64,000 bases of DNA, from positions 1-64,000 of the forward strand of contig MQRK01213424.1 of the NCBI GenBank assembly GCA_001938485.1, written 5' to 3'. Below the pieces are notes generated by a model that saw only the letters and a program-made list of their open reading frames with translations, was not told where the DNA came from and searched no databases. The stretch is from Girardia tigrina. Lineage: Eukaryota. This document shows, piece after piece, positions 1-13,149 of the stretch (within the stretch, counting starts at the first letter, position 1; the number at the start of each line of letters is the position of its first letter). A program made the position numbers and the translations under genes.

Positions 1-326
1 GGTGGATTCAATGCAAAAAAGATGCTTTGAAGTTATTAAAACATTGGGATTTCCAACAAAATACTGATTTGCTTTAATTCTCATCATCATTTTCTGTAAT
101 GCTGTTTAATTAAATATATCTTTGTTCGTGTCCGATTATTTCTGAACTGTGTAAAAAATTAATATGGCTTGATTTTATAAAAAAATTTTTAAATGATTTC
201 ATTTTTTTTATGAAAGATATCAAACTGTTAAGCTACACATTTTGGCAAAATTTCATTAATATATTTAATACCATTCAAGAGATATAGCCAATTTTCACTT
301 CGTCCGGTTATTTTTGAGCGCTACTG
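1..326 (+). mobile_element. 3' end of a Tc1-like transposon (transposase C-terminus + right TIR)
   Basis: Bases 2-67 read VDSMQKRCFEVIKTLGFPTKY*, a typical Tc1 C-terminus. The element ends ...CGTCCGGTTATTTTTGAGCGCTACTG|TA at 326, with an inner TIR-like repeat at ~129-150. Confidence 0.8.
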
Positions 327-327
327 T

Positions 328-837
328 ATGTATGATTCAAATTTAACTACCCGAATTAAAAGACAATGCCATGGTGGTGGTGTCATGGTCTGGTTGATGA
401 CCATGCCAAATGGTCTCATGGCATTCAAAGTATTAGAAGGCATCTTTAATTCTAAAAAATATATAGAATTGCTTAAAGAAATGATAATTCCGATAATGAA
501 ACTTAATTATGGAAGTGACTTCTGCTTTCAAGAAGATAACAGCAGTGTTCACAAGAGTAAGGTCGTCCAAAGATTCTTGAAAGAAAGCAATATTTCAGTA
601 CTTGATTGGCCGGCGAAAAGTCCCGATTTCAACATCGTTGAAGACTGTTGGAAAGCAATATCAGATTTGGTGTATGATGGAAAATAGTTTAATAAGAAAG
701 ATGAATTAATTAAAAAAATAAAGGAGGTAATTGATGACTTAAATACCAAAAGCAGAGACAAAGTGAAAAATCTATATCAGTCAATAAAACCCCGTTTGTG
801 CAAGGTATTGAAAGTTAGAGGAAATTTGTACAATTAA
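328..837 (+). pseudogene. Tc1-like DD34E transposase, catalytic C-terminal fragment
   Basis: GGGVMVW...FQEDNSSVH...WPAKSPDFNIVEDCW motifs. There is a premature TAG at 685-687 and the frame continues to ...SIKPRLCKVLKVRGNLYN* at 837. The 5' part is cut off by the preceding Tc1 inserted at TA 327-328. Confidence 0.85.
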
Positions 838-1061
838 ATGTTTGTTGAAGAAAATATATTAATGTTTTAAAAGATTTGTCGTTTTTAATTTGAACCATTT
901 TCAATATTTTTAAGTAAATAAATATGAAGGACGTCAAACTGTATTTTAATATTCACTATCGGCGAAAGTATGTATTACTTGTATAGTGCCACTATTTTTA
1001 TTTATATATAATACAAATCAAAAGAGATAGACAAAAAGATTTACTGTTTTAAAAGATTTGA

Positions 1062-3756
1062 CGCTCAGTATATACTACACCGTTTAGATGGATCTACTAT
1101 TTTCTCGACAATAGACTTACACAAAGCCTACCACCAAATCCCGGTAGCAAACGAGGATATTCAGAAAACCGCTATAACGACCCCCTTCGGGTTGTATGAG
1201 TACCTTTTATGCCTTTCGGTTTAAGGAACGCCGCCCAAACGTTCCAAAGACATATCGACACGGTACTTTCCGGGTTGCACTTCGCTACTGCGTACATAGA
1301 GGATATACTCATCGCCTCCGCTAACGAACGTGAACACCTAGACCACCTAAAGACCCTCTTCCAACGCTTACACAATAACAACCTCCTCTTAAATTGGGAG
1401 AAGTGTACCATCGCCTCTAGCCAAGTCAAATTCCTGGGTCATCTCATCTCCGATCAAGGACATACTCCCTTACCAGAGCGCGTTCAAGTGATCAAAAACA
1501 TTCCACTGCCAACAACTGTAACGGAGTTAAGGAGTTTCTTAGGCACGGTAAACTTCTGTCACCGCTACATTCCGCACTGTTCGGCACTAACTTTTCAGTT
1601 GTCTGCTCTTTGCGCGGGACCCAAGCGTTCGAAAAACACGTGGACTGCGGAACTCCAGGCCGACTTCCAGAAATTGAAACACAAGCTGGAGAATTTGAGG
1701 ACCTTATCATATCCAAAGAAAGGGGCTGAATTATATCTTTCCACCGATGCTTCATCAACAGCGGCCGGAGCGGTTCTACATCAATTAGTTAACGACGCGC
1801 ACCAACCGATAGAATTTTTCTCAATCAAATTCAATGCCGCAGAGCAGAGGTATTCANNNNNNNNNNNNNNNNNNNNNNNNNNNNNNNNNNNNNNNNNNNN
1901 NNNNNNNNNNNNNNNNNNNNNNNNNNNNNNNNNNNNNNNNNNNNNNNNNNNNNNNTTGGTCAACATCATGGGAATGAAAGACCCATCTCCGCGGCAACAG
2001 CGCCAAATATCTTTCTTATCGGAATTCAACATGTCCATAGTCTACTTACCAGGCGAGGAGAACCCGGTAGCAGATTTTTTATTTCGATCAGTCAACAACA
2101 TCTATTTTCCACCAGTCTTCACGAAAGAGAGATTATCGTCTTTCCCCATCACTCAAGAAGACTTATCGTATTTCAAGGAGACAGTTTCTACTAACGGAAT
2201 AACGTACGATACCAGTTTATCAGGCACTTTGCGTCCCATCCTATCAAAAGACCTTCGAAAAGAAGCGTTTAACCGCATACATTACCTTCATCATCCCGGC
2301 AGCACTAAAACCTACAAGATACTGAAATCTCGCGTAATCTGGCCACACATGCGGCAAGACGTAAAAACTTGGACATCTCAATGTACCCTCTGTCAAAGGA
2401 ACAAAACCATCAGGAAAGTCACACCACCAATCACTCATTACCCGACCACGTCGCGCTTCGAGACCGTCCACATCGACCTGGTAGGCCCCTTACCGAGTGA
2501 TCGCGGCTTCGAGTATGTGTTCACCATGTTAGACCGTTCTTCGAGATGGCAAGAAGCCGTGCCCGTAAAGAACCTGTGCAGCGAAACAATTTGTCGGATT
2601 TTCCTGTCCACTTGGATTTGTCATTTCGGGGCGCCCAGATATGTGATTACGGATCAGGGCAGACAGTTCGAGTCAGGAGTTTTCAAGACTATGATTGATA
2701 AGTTGAGCGCAAAGCACGTGCACACATCCGCGTATCACCCTCAGGCCAACGGGGCAATAGAGCGGTTCCACCGCACCTTTAAAACTTCCCTCAAGATCCT
2801 CGCTGACAAGAACGCTCGTTGGGTGGACGCAGTTCCCTATGTTCTTTTGGGGTGGCGCAATACTCCTAACACCGCCACAGACGCTTCACCAACCCAAATT
2901 ATCTACGGAACATCAATCCGTTTTCTGTCCGAACTTACCGATTGTAACGTCACCCCGTCCGACACTGATATCGCCGCCGCAAGAAAGCTATTCGAAAGCC
3001 TGCCCAAGGACAAGTTTTACCAGATGCCTAACCACGCAAAAACTTTCCTCCGAGAGAGTTTGTACAAAACTACATTCCTCTGGCTCAAAGACCACACATC
3101 TAATGGGTTGAAACCACCTTACACCGGACCTTACAAAATCATTGAACTTTACCCCAGCAACACGAAAATCCTCAAGGACGGTAAAACTATCACAGTCCAC
3201 CTCAATAACACCAAGCCCGCCTTCGTTGTGGACGACACCCCCATCCCGGAAAGCGATAACAGAACCAATTTCCTCTCTGACATGCTCGAGATGACCGTCA
3301 CCGAAAAACCACTCATTACCACTCCAACTCCTTTCAAAGGAGCCAGCGGAAGCACTGCAACTAATTTTACAACACCGCACGCCGAAGACAACAGTAACCA
3401 AATATCACCTGATGACATCGTCGTTACTAACCAGGGCAACTCTCGAATTAGACCTGCCAGATTCTCCAGTTGGGTACCCGTGCAAACCCCAACGGGCATC
3501 ACTAGACTCCGCAGGGTTGAACAATAACCTTCCGCGTTTCCTTTCAGGCGTGTTTCGTGTCTTTCGTTCGGGGGAGTTGTGTTGTGTGCCACCACATTTC
3601 GTTGTTTTTTATTGTTTGTTGTACAGGAGAATTTGGAAATCTTGTAGTTGTGTTTGCGTTGTGTTTATGTTCATTTTTTTATGTGTTTCGTTGTGTGTGA
3701 GTGCTGTTTCCTGTCCTGTTTTTGTGGATCGAAGTAATTTTAGATTGGGTGTGTAA
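1062..3756 (+). mobile_element. 5'-truncated Ty3/Gypsy LTR retrotransposon (RT-RNaseH-integrase, PPT, start of 3' LTR)
   Basis: [13 protein letters not shown]...TPFGLYE, then a frameshift near 1205 into ORF 1209-3527: [12 protein letters not shown] (degenerate YxDD), RNase H TDAS, integrase HHCC zinc finger, D-D-E core and GPY. PPT GGGGGAG at 3570-3576 is followed by TG at 3578. Confidence 0.92.
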
Positions 3757-4448
3757 ATAAAAACAAAAAACTGTAAATTCTTTAAAAAAAATAATTTAAA
3801 AGTGGTAATATTTCATAAATCAGAAATTCCCATTCATCTAAATCAAATTCTCAATTTCCAAGATTCAGAAAAATCCTAAAAACTATTTTTATTTGTATTT
3901 AAATCAAATTTTCCAATCNNNAATCTTATTCATTAGAGTGTTTTGTTTTGTCGTATCATTTATATTTATTTGCATGCAAAACTTTCGCCATATATGAAAT
4001 AAAGATTAAAAATAGACTTAATCGTTATTATTTATCAAGATTGTTTTATCGGGAGTTTTGAAAAACAAACCGAATCTGTCTTACCGAACAAGTGAATGAC
4101 AACAGCCCGTACCTTAAATGTTCAAATTGCAACGCTCCAGGTCATTTATGGTACCAGTGTTACAAACAAGAAGCACTGAATGTATATCGAGATCAGAAAG
4201 GATGGCAACCCAATCGATACAAAACACCTGTCGCTGGAATCGATGAAATGGAAGAAACAAACAGATGCGAAGGCGACAGATCGGTAAACTCGGAGGCTTT
4301 GTCAAGTCATGAGATGATAGGAGCCATAAATTAAAAAGTAAGAATGTTTTGGATTCAAACATTTGTAATATTAGTAACTGTAAATGTAATTTTAATTATA
4401 ATAATTTTAATGATAATATATTACACAATAATTACATAATAATTATAG

Positions 4449-4544
4449 AGGGTGGCCTGTGAAGCACTTTATATCAGATCTTTAGATCCTAAGATTAATG
4501 TGCAAACGGGTCTTTCGAAAACCCTATTAAGCGTGTTTAGATGA
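4449..4544 (+). mobile_element. 96-bp Penelope-like element fragment (GIY-YIG C-terminus) inserted in the Gypsy gag-protease spacer
   Basis: Reads RVACEALYIRSLDPKINVQTGLSKTLLSVFR*. This parallels the PLE C-termini at ~49045-49130 (CEALLIKSLNSFINVQISLSSTLLKIFN*) and ~53880-53970 (CETLLIRSRCPKINVQSVVSTSLLKIFD*). Confidence 0.75.
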
Positions 4545-6313
4545 CATAATAATAATTATAGTGTATGTAGTTTTAATAATAATAATAATTATAAAGAAAT
4601 AATACCCAATAGGGGGAATTTTAATGATAATATAGTTAAAGAGCGCGCGATAGTTAAATTTGAAATTTGTTCGAGTGAGAAACTAGACTATTTGGAGTTT
4701 AATGGAAGACCCAGTATTAAAGCTAGGATGGACGGAATAGAGATGAATTGTTTATTGGACGCTGGTGCTCGTATTAATGTACTGGACAAGAAAATTGCTG
4801 AAAAATTACAGGTTAGAATAAATAGGAATGTTATATCGTCAGTTGTGTGTGCCAATGGAAGTGGAATGGAAATACTAGGTACATGTAATATTATAATACT
4901 ATGGAGAAATAAGAAAGTGAACCAGTTATTTTATGTTTCAGAAACAGTGTTCCCATCAATTATTTTCGGAATAACCTTGATAAGAGCTATCGGATTGGAA
5001 TTTAGAGGTGATAAATGGAAATGATAAAAAATATAATTGAAACCGATAGAGAAGTATGCACTCTAAATCAGTACATAGATAAGTTGAAATATACAGATGA
5101 AATGAGAATTTTAAATGCTAAAGAAAAATTAAATTTAAATGAGGATAGTAAACTATACACATGTATTAAAAAATTTTAAAATATTGTTATGGCTGGAGGA
5201 TGGGACATTGGTAAGACATCATTAGTAAAACATCAAATTAAAACATCAGGGCAACCAATTCTACAGAAACCGCGTAGACATCCAACTCATTTAAAAAGTC
5301 ATATAGATGATGTTTTTCGTAATTTGGAACGACACGGGATAATAGAGAAATGCTAATCACTATGGAACACACAGATGGTGTGTGTTTGGAAAAAAGAAAA
5401 GAAGGAAATTCGTTTATGTTTGGATTTCAGGTTGTTGAATCAAGTGACAGAGAGGCCGGCGTTTCCTATACCAAACATCGAGGAAATGTTAGATTCATTA
5501 AGAGGAATGAAATGGTTCAGTTCCATTGACCTGGAAAATACCTACTATCAAATAGAATTAGAAGATTCTTCAAAGTTGAAAATAGCATTTTCAACTAAAA
5601 TGGGACAGTATTGCTTCACAAGAATGCCGTTTGGCATTGCAGCTGCACCAGCAACATTTCAGAAGCTTATGATGTATGTTTTGAAAGAGATGTTGTGGAA
5701 AGAAACCCTGGTCTATCTTGACATTTTGATTTTTTCGAAAACCGAAATGGAGCTCATGGAAAGGTTGGAAAAACTATTTGCACGAATAGAAATGGCTGGA
5801 CTGAGAATAAATCCTGAAAAATGTAGATTCTTTCAAAAAGAACTACGATTTTTATGGCATATAGTGAACAGAGACGGATTTAAGACTGATCCAGACAAAA
5901 TAAAATCGATAGTGGAATTCGAACAACCAAAATGTATAAAGAAATTGCGAAGTTTCTTGGGACTATGTAATTATTATAGAAAGTTTATACAAAATTATTC
6001 AAAACTATCAAAACTATTGGAAGAAATGTGTGGAAGTTCGAAAGACATGGTGCATTGGTCAGATTCCCACTCAGTGGCTTTCAAAAAACTAAAAAAAGCA
6101 CTAATATCGGCCCCAATATTTTGTTATCCTGATTTTGGGAAAGAATTTATATTAGACACCGATGCTTCTTTTGATACGATAGGAGCAGAGTTATCCCAAA
6201 GGAATGAGAAAGGTTAAGAACAGGTGATTGTATACGGATCTAAGTCAATGACAAAGCATGAGATTGGATATTGCATTAACAAAAAAGAGCTTTTAGCAAT
6301 TTTTCCTTTCACG

Positions 6314-9300
6314 TGTCACGACCCATTTGTTTGTAACAATTTTGCACGCTCAGAGCCCCCAGTGACTATTAAGGGTCAGTCACAACCCGGTTTGAATTTA
6401 CTACTCAACTACGAATGTCTATATATCATTTTTACGTTATAGGGTCGGACGCCTCTTCTCGCTCGACATCTGCCTGACAGTGCCGAGTCTGAAGGGCCTG
6501 CGGGTTCGAATAAAGATGAGACGGGCTATGGGCCCCCCATCTAGCGGAGTGTCGCTCGGGGATGATTTTTCTTTTAACTATAATTCGAGGTCTTAACTTC
6601 TACGGTGAGTAACTCGCTGTTATCAGTACCGGAATTAAATAATCAGAGTCGTCACAACAGTCTGATAAAATCCTTATTATTCAAGATGATAGCGCGCTAT
6701 AAGACTGAACAGTTGGGACCGCTTTCGCCCACGTAGGAACCTCACTTATAAATCGGTAAATGACATGGGTTAAAACCCCTACAGCGATCCGATAGTTACT
6801 TTATTTACTAGCTCGATTCTTGAAATGTTTATCGCGCAAAACCTTATCAAATAAATTCGGGATATGTTCGTTTACCTATCAAGATTTTTACCGCTCATTT
6901 ATTTATGGTTCGATATTCAATTCTTTTCTGCCTTAACTCGTAGAACATTATAAATCATAAATCTAAACATTAATAATTTTTATTATTAATCGACGCCTGC
7001 GAGCAAACATTCACCAACAGCATTAAACAAATTTATCCTACAATTATTCGATGAACGCGCTTATAAATCGCTCAACCCGTAAATTTCCTATAACTCGATT
7101 TTACTATTTTATTCTCTATTTTATTTCGTCGGTTAAATTAATTAGTTTCACAAATTCATGTCCCGTTAGCTGTGAATTTTTTCGAAAGGCGTTTCCTATT
7201 GAGATAAATTATTTCGCTTTGCATTAACTCATAATTCATTATAAAATTAAATTATGGAATTGTAATTCCCCAAAATTTGATTAAATTATTGCTCACGAAT
7301 ATTATTATTACTAATATCTAAATTTGATAAAAATAAATTTTCCAGAAATATACATATTTCCCCTAACTAAAATGCGATTAAGAATTTTTGTCGAAACAAA
7401 TTAGTTATAAAAGTCAATGATAACTCCTAACATGCGGTTGTTAAAGCTGCTTGTTTTCACCATTCAAACTCTATTACAATTCTGGGCACATTTTCGACCC
7501 CACGGGATTTTAATCGAAAGATTTTCAACCCGTCTTTAAAAATAATCACTTGAACAGAACAGGTAAATCTTTTATAGAATATAATTTATCTGTAGCTTTT
7601 TATCGATTTTCTATTTTCTCTTAAAAACTTTATTCTTTGAAACTAACATTCACTAGATTTAATGAAGACAATTAACCAAAATAAATTAAAACGGAGTAGA
7701 AATAATAAATATTTCATAATTTCTTACAAATGAGAGGGAACTTCCGTAATCAGAAACTTGTTTTGTAAACTTTACTGATATAAAACTAATTCCTTTAGTC
7801 CTGATTTAAAACGGAAACTGTTACTATATCAATTAACTAAGCTTACGTAATAATTCGTCAAAACTTTCTTTTATAAACAATAAAATTCATATAAATAAAA
7901 AACGACAAATAAATGAATATAATATGACTTATCAATGAGAACTCAAGTAACTCTGTCCATGTAGTTCTAACAAAAAAAACGCAAACTACAAATAGTGAAA
8001 GGTTACAATATACACATCTCCAGGGGTCGACTCTCCTATGTTCCCAAAACATCGCATTATTTATAACTAATCTCACTCGAACATTCTCGTTATACTTGTC
8101 AATAAATACTCTTTTACTTTTATTTTAGTTTTGTATCTCACGAGATTTCACACTTTAACTATTTACAAGTCACAAAAGGACAAAAACGTCAAAATAAATC
8201 AACAAATAACTAATTCTATGGTAAAACTATATTTTGATTTAAACGTCCTCAAAGTATTCGACAGGCCGGCTCGGGGAAGCTCGCGCCCCTGCAATCACGT
8301 CTGTGGGTAGTTCGTTGAAGGTAGGATGCTTCACTCGGCGTCAATCGTCTTCCTTCGTCAGTTATGGCGTCAGTTACTCGATTCTCGTCTAGCTGCGCGT
8401 CTCCTAGTCGGGATTATCTTTTCTTCGCGTGAGTTTGGTCTGCAACGTTCGTCCGGGTTCTCGTTTGAAATTGCTTCTTCAAAAGATCGTACAAAGTCGT
8501 TTGGAAAATCGGCTTATGAAATTGTGTTGGAAAATTGTGTCGTAAAATTGTTGTGAGGATTGTATTTATAATATTCATTACTTCATTTGTCGGGGTGTTC
8601 TTTCCTCGTGGCCGTTTCCGATTGGCCAGGCTAGTCATTTTCGAACCCTGATTTGCTGGGCTGGGTTGTTGCTAGGCCGTGTGTCTGACTCTAGACAATG
8701 ATTGTTGGTCACAAGGCCTCTTTGTCACCAATGACTGTTCATCGTGTGACACTGTTCTTTATTCATGGGCCTGAATCATCGTAAGTTTTATTTACTACTC
8801 TTTGTTCGTTAATTAACCTTTGTTTTTCTTTATTTAATTTACAGTTCTTTGCAGGGGTATAACCCTCTTCAGGAAAATACCATGACTTCGCAGGCCACAC
8901 CCAGGGACCGGTCTCGTCACAAGCTACGCGTGGAGGGTCGGTTGACCCCTAAACAACAACGGGTCGTCCAAGAGGTGTTTTAATTAATTTTGGTCTCTTT
9001 TTAATTAATTATTCTCTTTTTTAAGGTGATTAGCTTCTTCTCAACATCTTCGGGGTTCGGCAGTTTAGTTCCTGCGACTTATGATGTCATTTGGTTCTTC
9101 TCATCGAGTGGGCCTTCAATTCACTTGTCTAATTTTCTTTATCTATTGTTTTTTAGTTGCGACACAACGCTGCCCCCCTTTGACATGGGTGACCAAAACG
9201 ATCCTGGGACCTATCTTTTTTGATAAAAATAAATGTATTATTCCCCTCAGTCTTCCTTTTTATATTATTTTTCTTAATATTTATAATTACACGTATTATG

Positions 9301-9329
9301 TATTTTTATATTATTTTTCGACCGCAACA
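6314..9329 (-). mobile_element. 3016-bp solo-LTR-like insertion with 4-bp TSD
   Basis: Termini TGTCACGACCC...ACCGCAACA are flanked by CACG at 6310-6313 and 9330-9333. Excising it restores the Gypsy RNase H frame. No long coding ORF inside. Confidence 0.85.
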
Positions 9330-10208
9330 CACGCAACACTTTAAGAACTACTTGTATGGCGCAAAATTCAAGTTAAGAACCGATTATAAGGCAATTGAAT
9401 TTATGATGACGACGAAAAAGCCGATTACCACTCAATTTCAAAATTGGATGAATTTTCTGAGCAGTTTGGATATGATCTTAGTGTTGAGTATAAAATACAA
9501 GTATAAAAAATTAATAAATTTTGTTTTAATTAATGGATATAATAAAACCTTATTTATCCTTTTATGATATTAAATATAAAATATATATAAATAAACGAAT
9601 TAAAATAAATAAAACAGGTAAATAAGTAAATAAAATAAAAAGGATAATTTTAGAAAAAGAAATAATTAGATTATTTTATAATAAATCGAAAGAATTTTAA
9701 ATTTAAAAAGATATTATAAAAGGAGGTCAAATTATGTACTTATTGGCCACTTCTAAATTTTTACAAGGAAGGAAAAACAAGATTTAGCTCTAAAAAGCAC
9801 AAGATTACAAAATTGGGAAAGTTGAGCAAACTACTTAATTAGTTTTAATTATAAATTGGGGATTTGAGACTTGCGTGACTTTAGAAAGTCAATCAGATCC
9901 GGAAATTAAAAACTGTGAAATTATCGTGTGATTAACTATTGTCAGTTGGGTTCCACCTGTGGATATTAACAGTCGAGTGTCACGCATAGACAATTCCATT
10001 GTCAATTCCATGGCAACCAAATTGTAAGTAGCGTTTATGCCACTTTCATTATTATCACATTCTAAAGTCATAATTTAACACCACAAAAATTTATTAATAT
10101 TCACAATTCATATACTTTAAAAAAAATTTGTTGTTACTTCAATTATTTCGCCCAAAATTAGTTCATTAAATTTTTTTGATTAAATTTTGAAAATATACAA
10201 AAATTTAA

Positions 10209-10392
10209 ATCTTAAATAATCTTACATTTTTTTACAAAAATTTTACAATATTTTGATCTTAAATAATCTTATATTTTTTACAAAAAATTTTACGATATTT
10301 TGATCTTAATTGATCTTATATTTTTTTACAAAAAAATTTTACAATATTTTGATCTTAATTAATCTTATATTTTTTTACAAAAAATTTACAAA
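10209..10392. repeat. Tandem repeat, ~47-49 bp unit, ~4 copies
   Basis: Unit ATCTTAA(A/T)TAATCTTA(C/T)ATTTTTTTACAAAAA(A)TTTTACAATATTTTG, repeated head to tail. Confidence 0.85.
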
Positions 10393-10638
10393 TTTTTAAT
10401 GTAACCAAATTTTACATTCTTACGAAACTTAATCATAAAACTAATTAATTTAAATTTACAATAACCATTTTATTAAAAAATTATTTCTGAAAATATTAAA
10501 ACGTTAATTAAAATTTATTTAGCTTATTCTATAACTTTTATTAAAATATGTTAATTGTTATTACTGTAAACATATTTTAAATAAGTATTTATTATTGTAG
10601 TGGGAATTTCTCTCACCAGTTTTCTCTCTGAACTATCG

Positions 10639-11535
10639 ATGATTTGGACATTCTTTTTTTTGCGTCTGTATTTATTTCTATGTATTTTGTGCATTTTGGT
10701 GAAGTTGTAGTGAGTTGTGTGTGTATAATTGTTCCTTACTGCATTACTGAATGGATAACGTAAAACTGAATTTTAATAAACTCGACAAGAAAAATTACGA
10801 AAGAAAAACGTTTTCAATGACGGACTTTCGTATTTGGAGAAAATAACCGGTATTCCCAGAACGAAAATATTTCTAGTGTTTGTTCTTGATATTCCGCATA
10901 ATTCCTAACACTTGGAACATATCCTGCGATCATTAATTAATGAAAATAAGAAAATCATTGACAACGCTGTGAAGACATTAACGAATGAGGCTAAATATCT
11001 TTTAGCGAAAGTTCGGGAAACAAAAGAATCAAAAAGAAAATGTAATGGACAACCGAATTTCTGTGTTTATGGAACTTACAACAAAAGCAAACTTTTGTGC
11101 CAATGTTATGATGGTTATAGAGGAAGACGTTGTAATTTTTATGATCCATATTTATTGTCAAAACAAAAGGAACGTAGATTAGCTAATCTTTCATGAAATA
11201 GATATTTTATTCAGATTTTGGCTGTGAATTATTGAAAAGAGAAAGTGAAGAAATACATTTAAAATTTCAATGGTAATATCGAACAAAGATTTTCTGAACA
11301 TGCCTTTTATAACAGAATCCATATTTCAGACATGAAAGTTTTATAACTAACAGTTGTCTTATCATTAATGTGACTTATTCTGTTATAAATTATCATCTGC
11401 TCAATTTGCTTTGTGTATTTTTATGACAATGGACAATCGTCAATGGGATTTATGACCATAACATTATTTTATTCTAAGGCATTTGGTATTCCATTATGCT
11501 TTCATCTCATACCTCAGTGTATTTCTTGTCTTTGA
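10639..11535 (+). pseudogene. Decayed, intronless signal peptide-EGF-transmembrane gene (EGF-ligand-like)
   Basis: MIWTFFFLRLYLFLCILCILV (signal-like, 10639). EGF module CNGQPNFCVYGTYNKSKLLCQCYDGYRGRRC at 11041-11133. A stop-interrupted hydrophobic stretch LTVVLSLM*LILL*IIICSICFVYFY lies at ~11347-11425. Confidence 0.55.
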
Positions 11536-11667
11536 AATTTGTTGGAGAAAAATTCTTTTTATCGTCAATTCGACTAATTAAATAAAAGATATACATAACT
11601 AAAAAAAGAAATCAATGAAGAAATCAATAGATTATTAACATTAAAAATAATTAATTACCGCTGTATA

Positions 11668-11870
11668 CAGGGTGTCCCAAAAATATGTATACACATTAAA
11701 AAGTTAAGCCTGCATGCCATTCCTATGATAGGGACTTAATCTACAAAAAACCTATTTATGTTAAAAAAACTATTTATATTAAATATAATGAAAGTTAAAC
11801 ATAAATAAAATTCAATAAAATTCAATAAAATTAAATTTTTAATGTGTATACATATTTTTGGGACACCCTG
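11668..11870. mobile_element. Tc1/mariner-type MITE
   Basis: 35-bp perfect TIR CAGGGTGTCCCAAAAATATGTATACACATTAAAAA, with TA on both sides. Confidence 0.93.
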
Positions 11871-13149
11871 TATTATGAATGACTTTGACTGATATTTCTG
11901 GATATTTGTTATGTTGAATAAATTTATTAGAAATTAAGGTGATTTTCTTTCGTTATTTTATTACTTTGGTTGTGACATTGATAGTTCATTGACGGTTAAG
12001 TATTGTTTTATTTTCTTAATTTCTGTTTTTACCTATTTTCTTATCAGTAAGAATAGTTATTCGTTTTTTCACAGCGAATAATTATTTTTACAACTATCAT
12101 ATTTTTACTCTACATTGTAATTGTTAATTTATTTCTTTTAAATTTTCAAATTTAAAAAATAACAAACTATTTTGGCGAAACTTAAAACTAACCCCTCATA
12201 CAAATAGTAAAGAATTCTGTGAAATAATGAAACAAATAGATGAAGGAAATGGGACAAAATTTAAGCAAAGCGATAGATGGAAGAAACAAACAGATGCGAA
12301 GGCGACAGAAAAAAAGATGTATAAGAACTTTTGATAACAAGATTTGGATTCAGAAGGAAACAAGGAACGATTGCATTTTATTTTTCCATAAATTTCTGTG
12401 TTATGTTGGAGTGGATAAAACGTACACATTCATGAGAGAAGAATATGACATGGATGAGTTTAGTAAAAACGTTGAAAGAATAGTACGAGCATATGCAGTG
12501 TGTCAAACATCCAAAACTTATACGGGAAAAACAAAAGAAACCATAATGAACTTAATTTCAAAACGACCATTTGACGATATTATTTATTGTGGATATATGC
12601 CAGTCATAAATGGAAAAAAATATATTTTGGGTATAATAGAGAGATTTAGTAGGTATGTTAGTCTCACAGCCGTAAATAACCAAGACGAGATGACAACAAT
12701 ACAGACCATACAACGCCAATGGATATTTAGGGTTGGAGCTCCAGCATGTATCCACGTAGACCATGGAAAAGTATTCGAATCGAGGGCATTTATGGAATTT
12801 GCAAAATCTTGATTGATTAAGATAAACTTCTGAAGTCCATACCATCATAGTTCGAATGGAATAATATAGAGACAATTTCGAACAGTTCAAGATTCATTAA
12901 ATGCGAATTTAAAAGAGAGAGGAAGTAAAAATTGGATAGTTACTTCAAAAATAGAATTTAGTACGAATGCATCGAGACAAAGCACTATTGGATATAGTCC
13001 TACGGAAGTAATTCTGGGAAAACGGTTAACCCTTGACGGTTCACGACATTGTGAATTGGACAACAAGAAGATAATTGACGAAGTTAAAATGTCAAAGATG
13101 AGCGAAACTAATGTAACCATAACAAAACGGGATTTCCCGGACAGAATAG

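Noticed and set aside
1172-3756. Antisense and alternate-frame ORFs over the Gypsy pol
   Set aside because: Shadows of a GC-richer coding strand with no recognisable motifs.
10209-10392. Tandem array as CRISPR-like
   Set aside because: No unique spacers; a simple AT-rich minisatellite in eukaryotic DNA.
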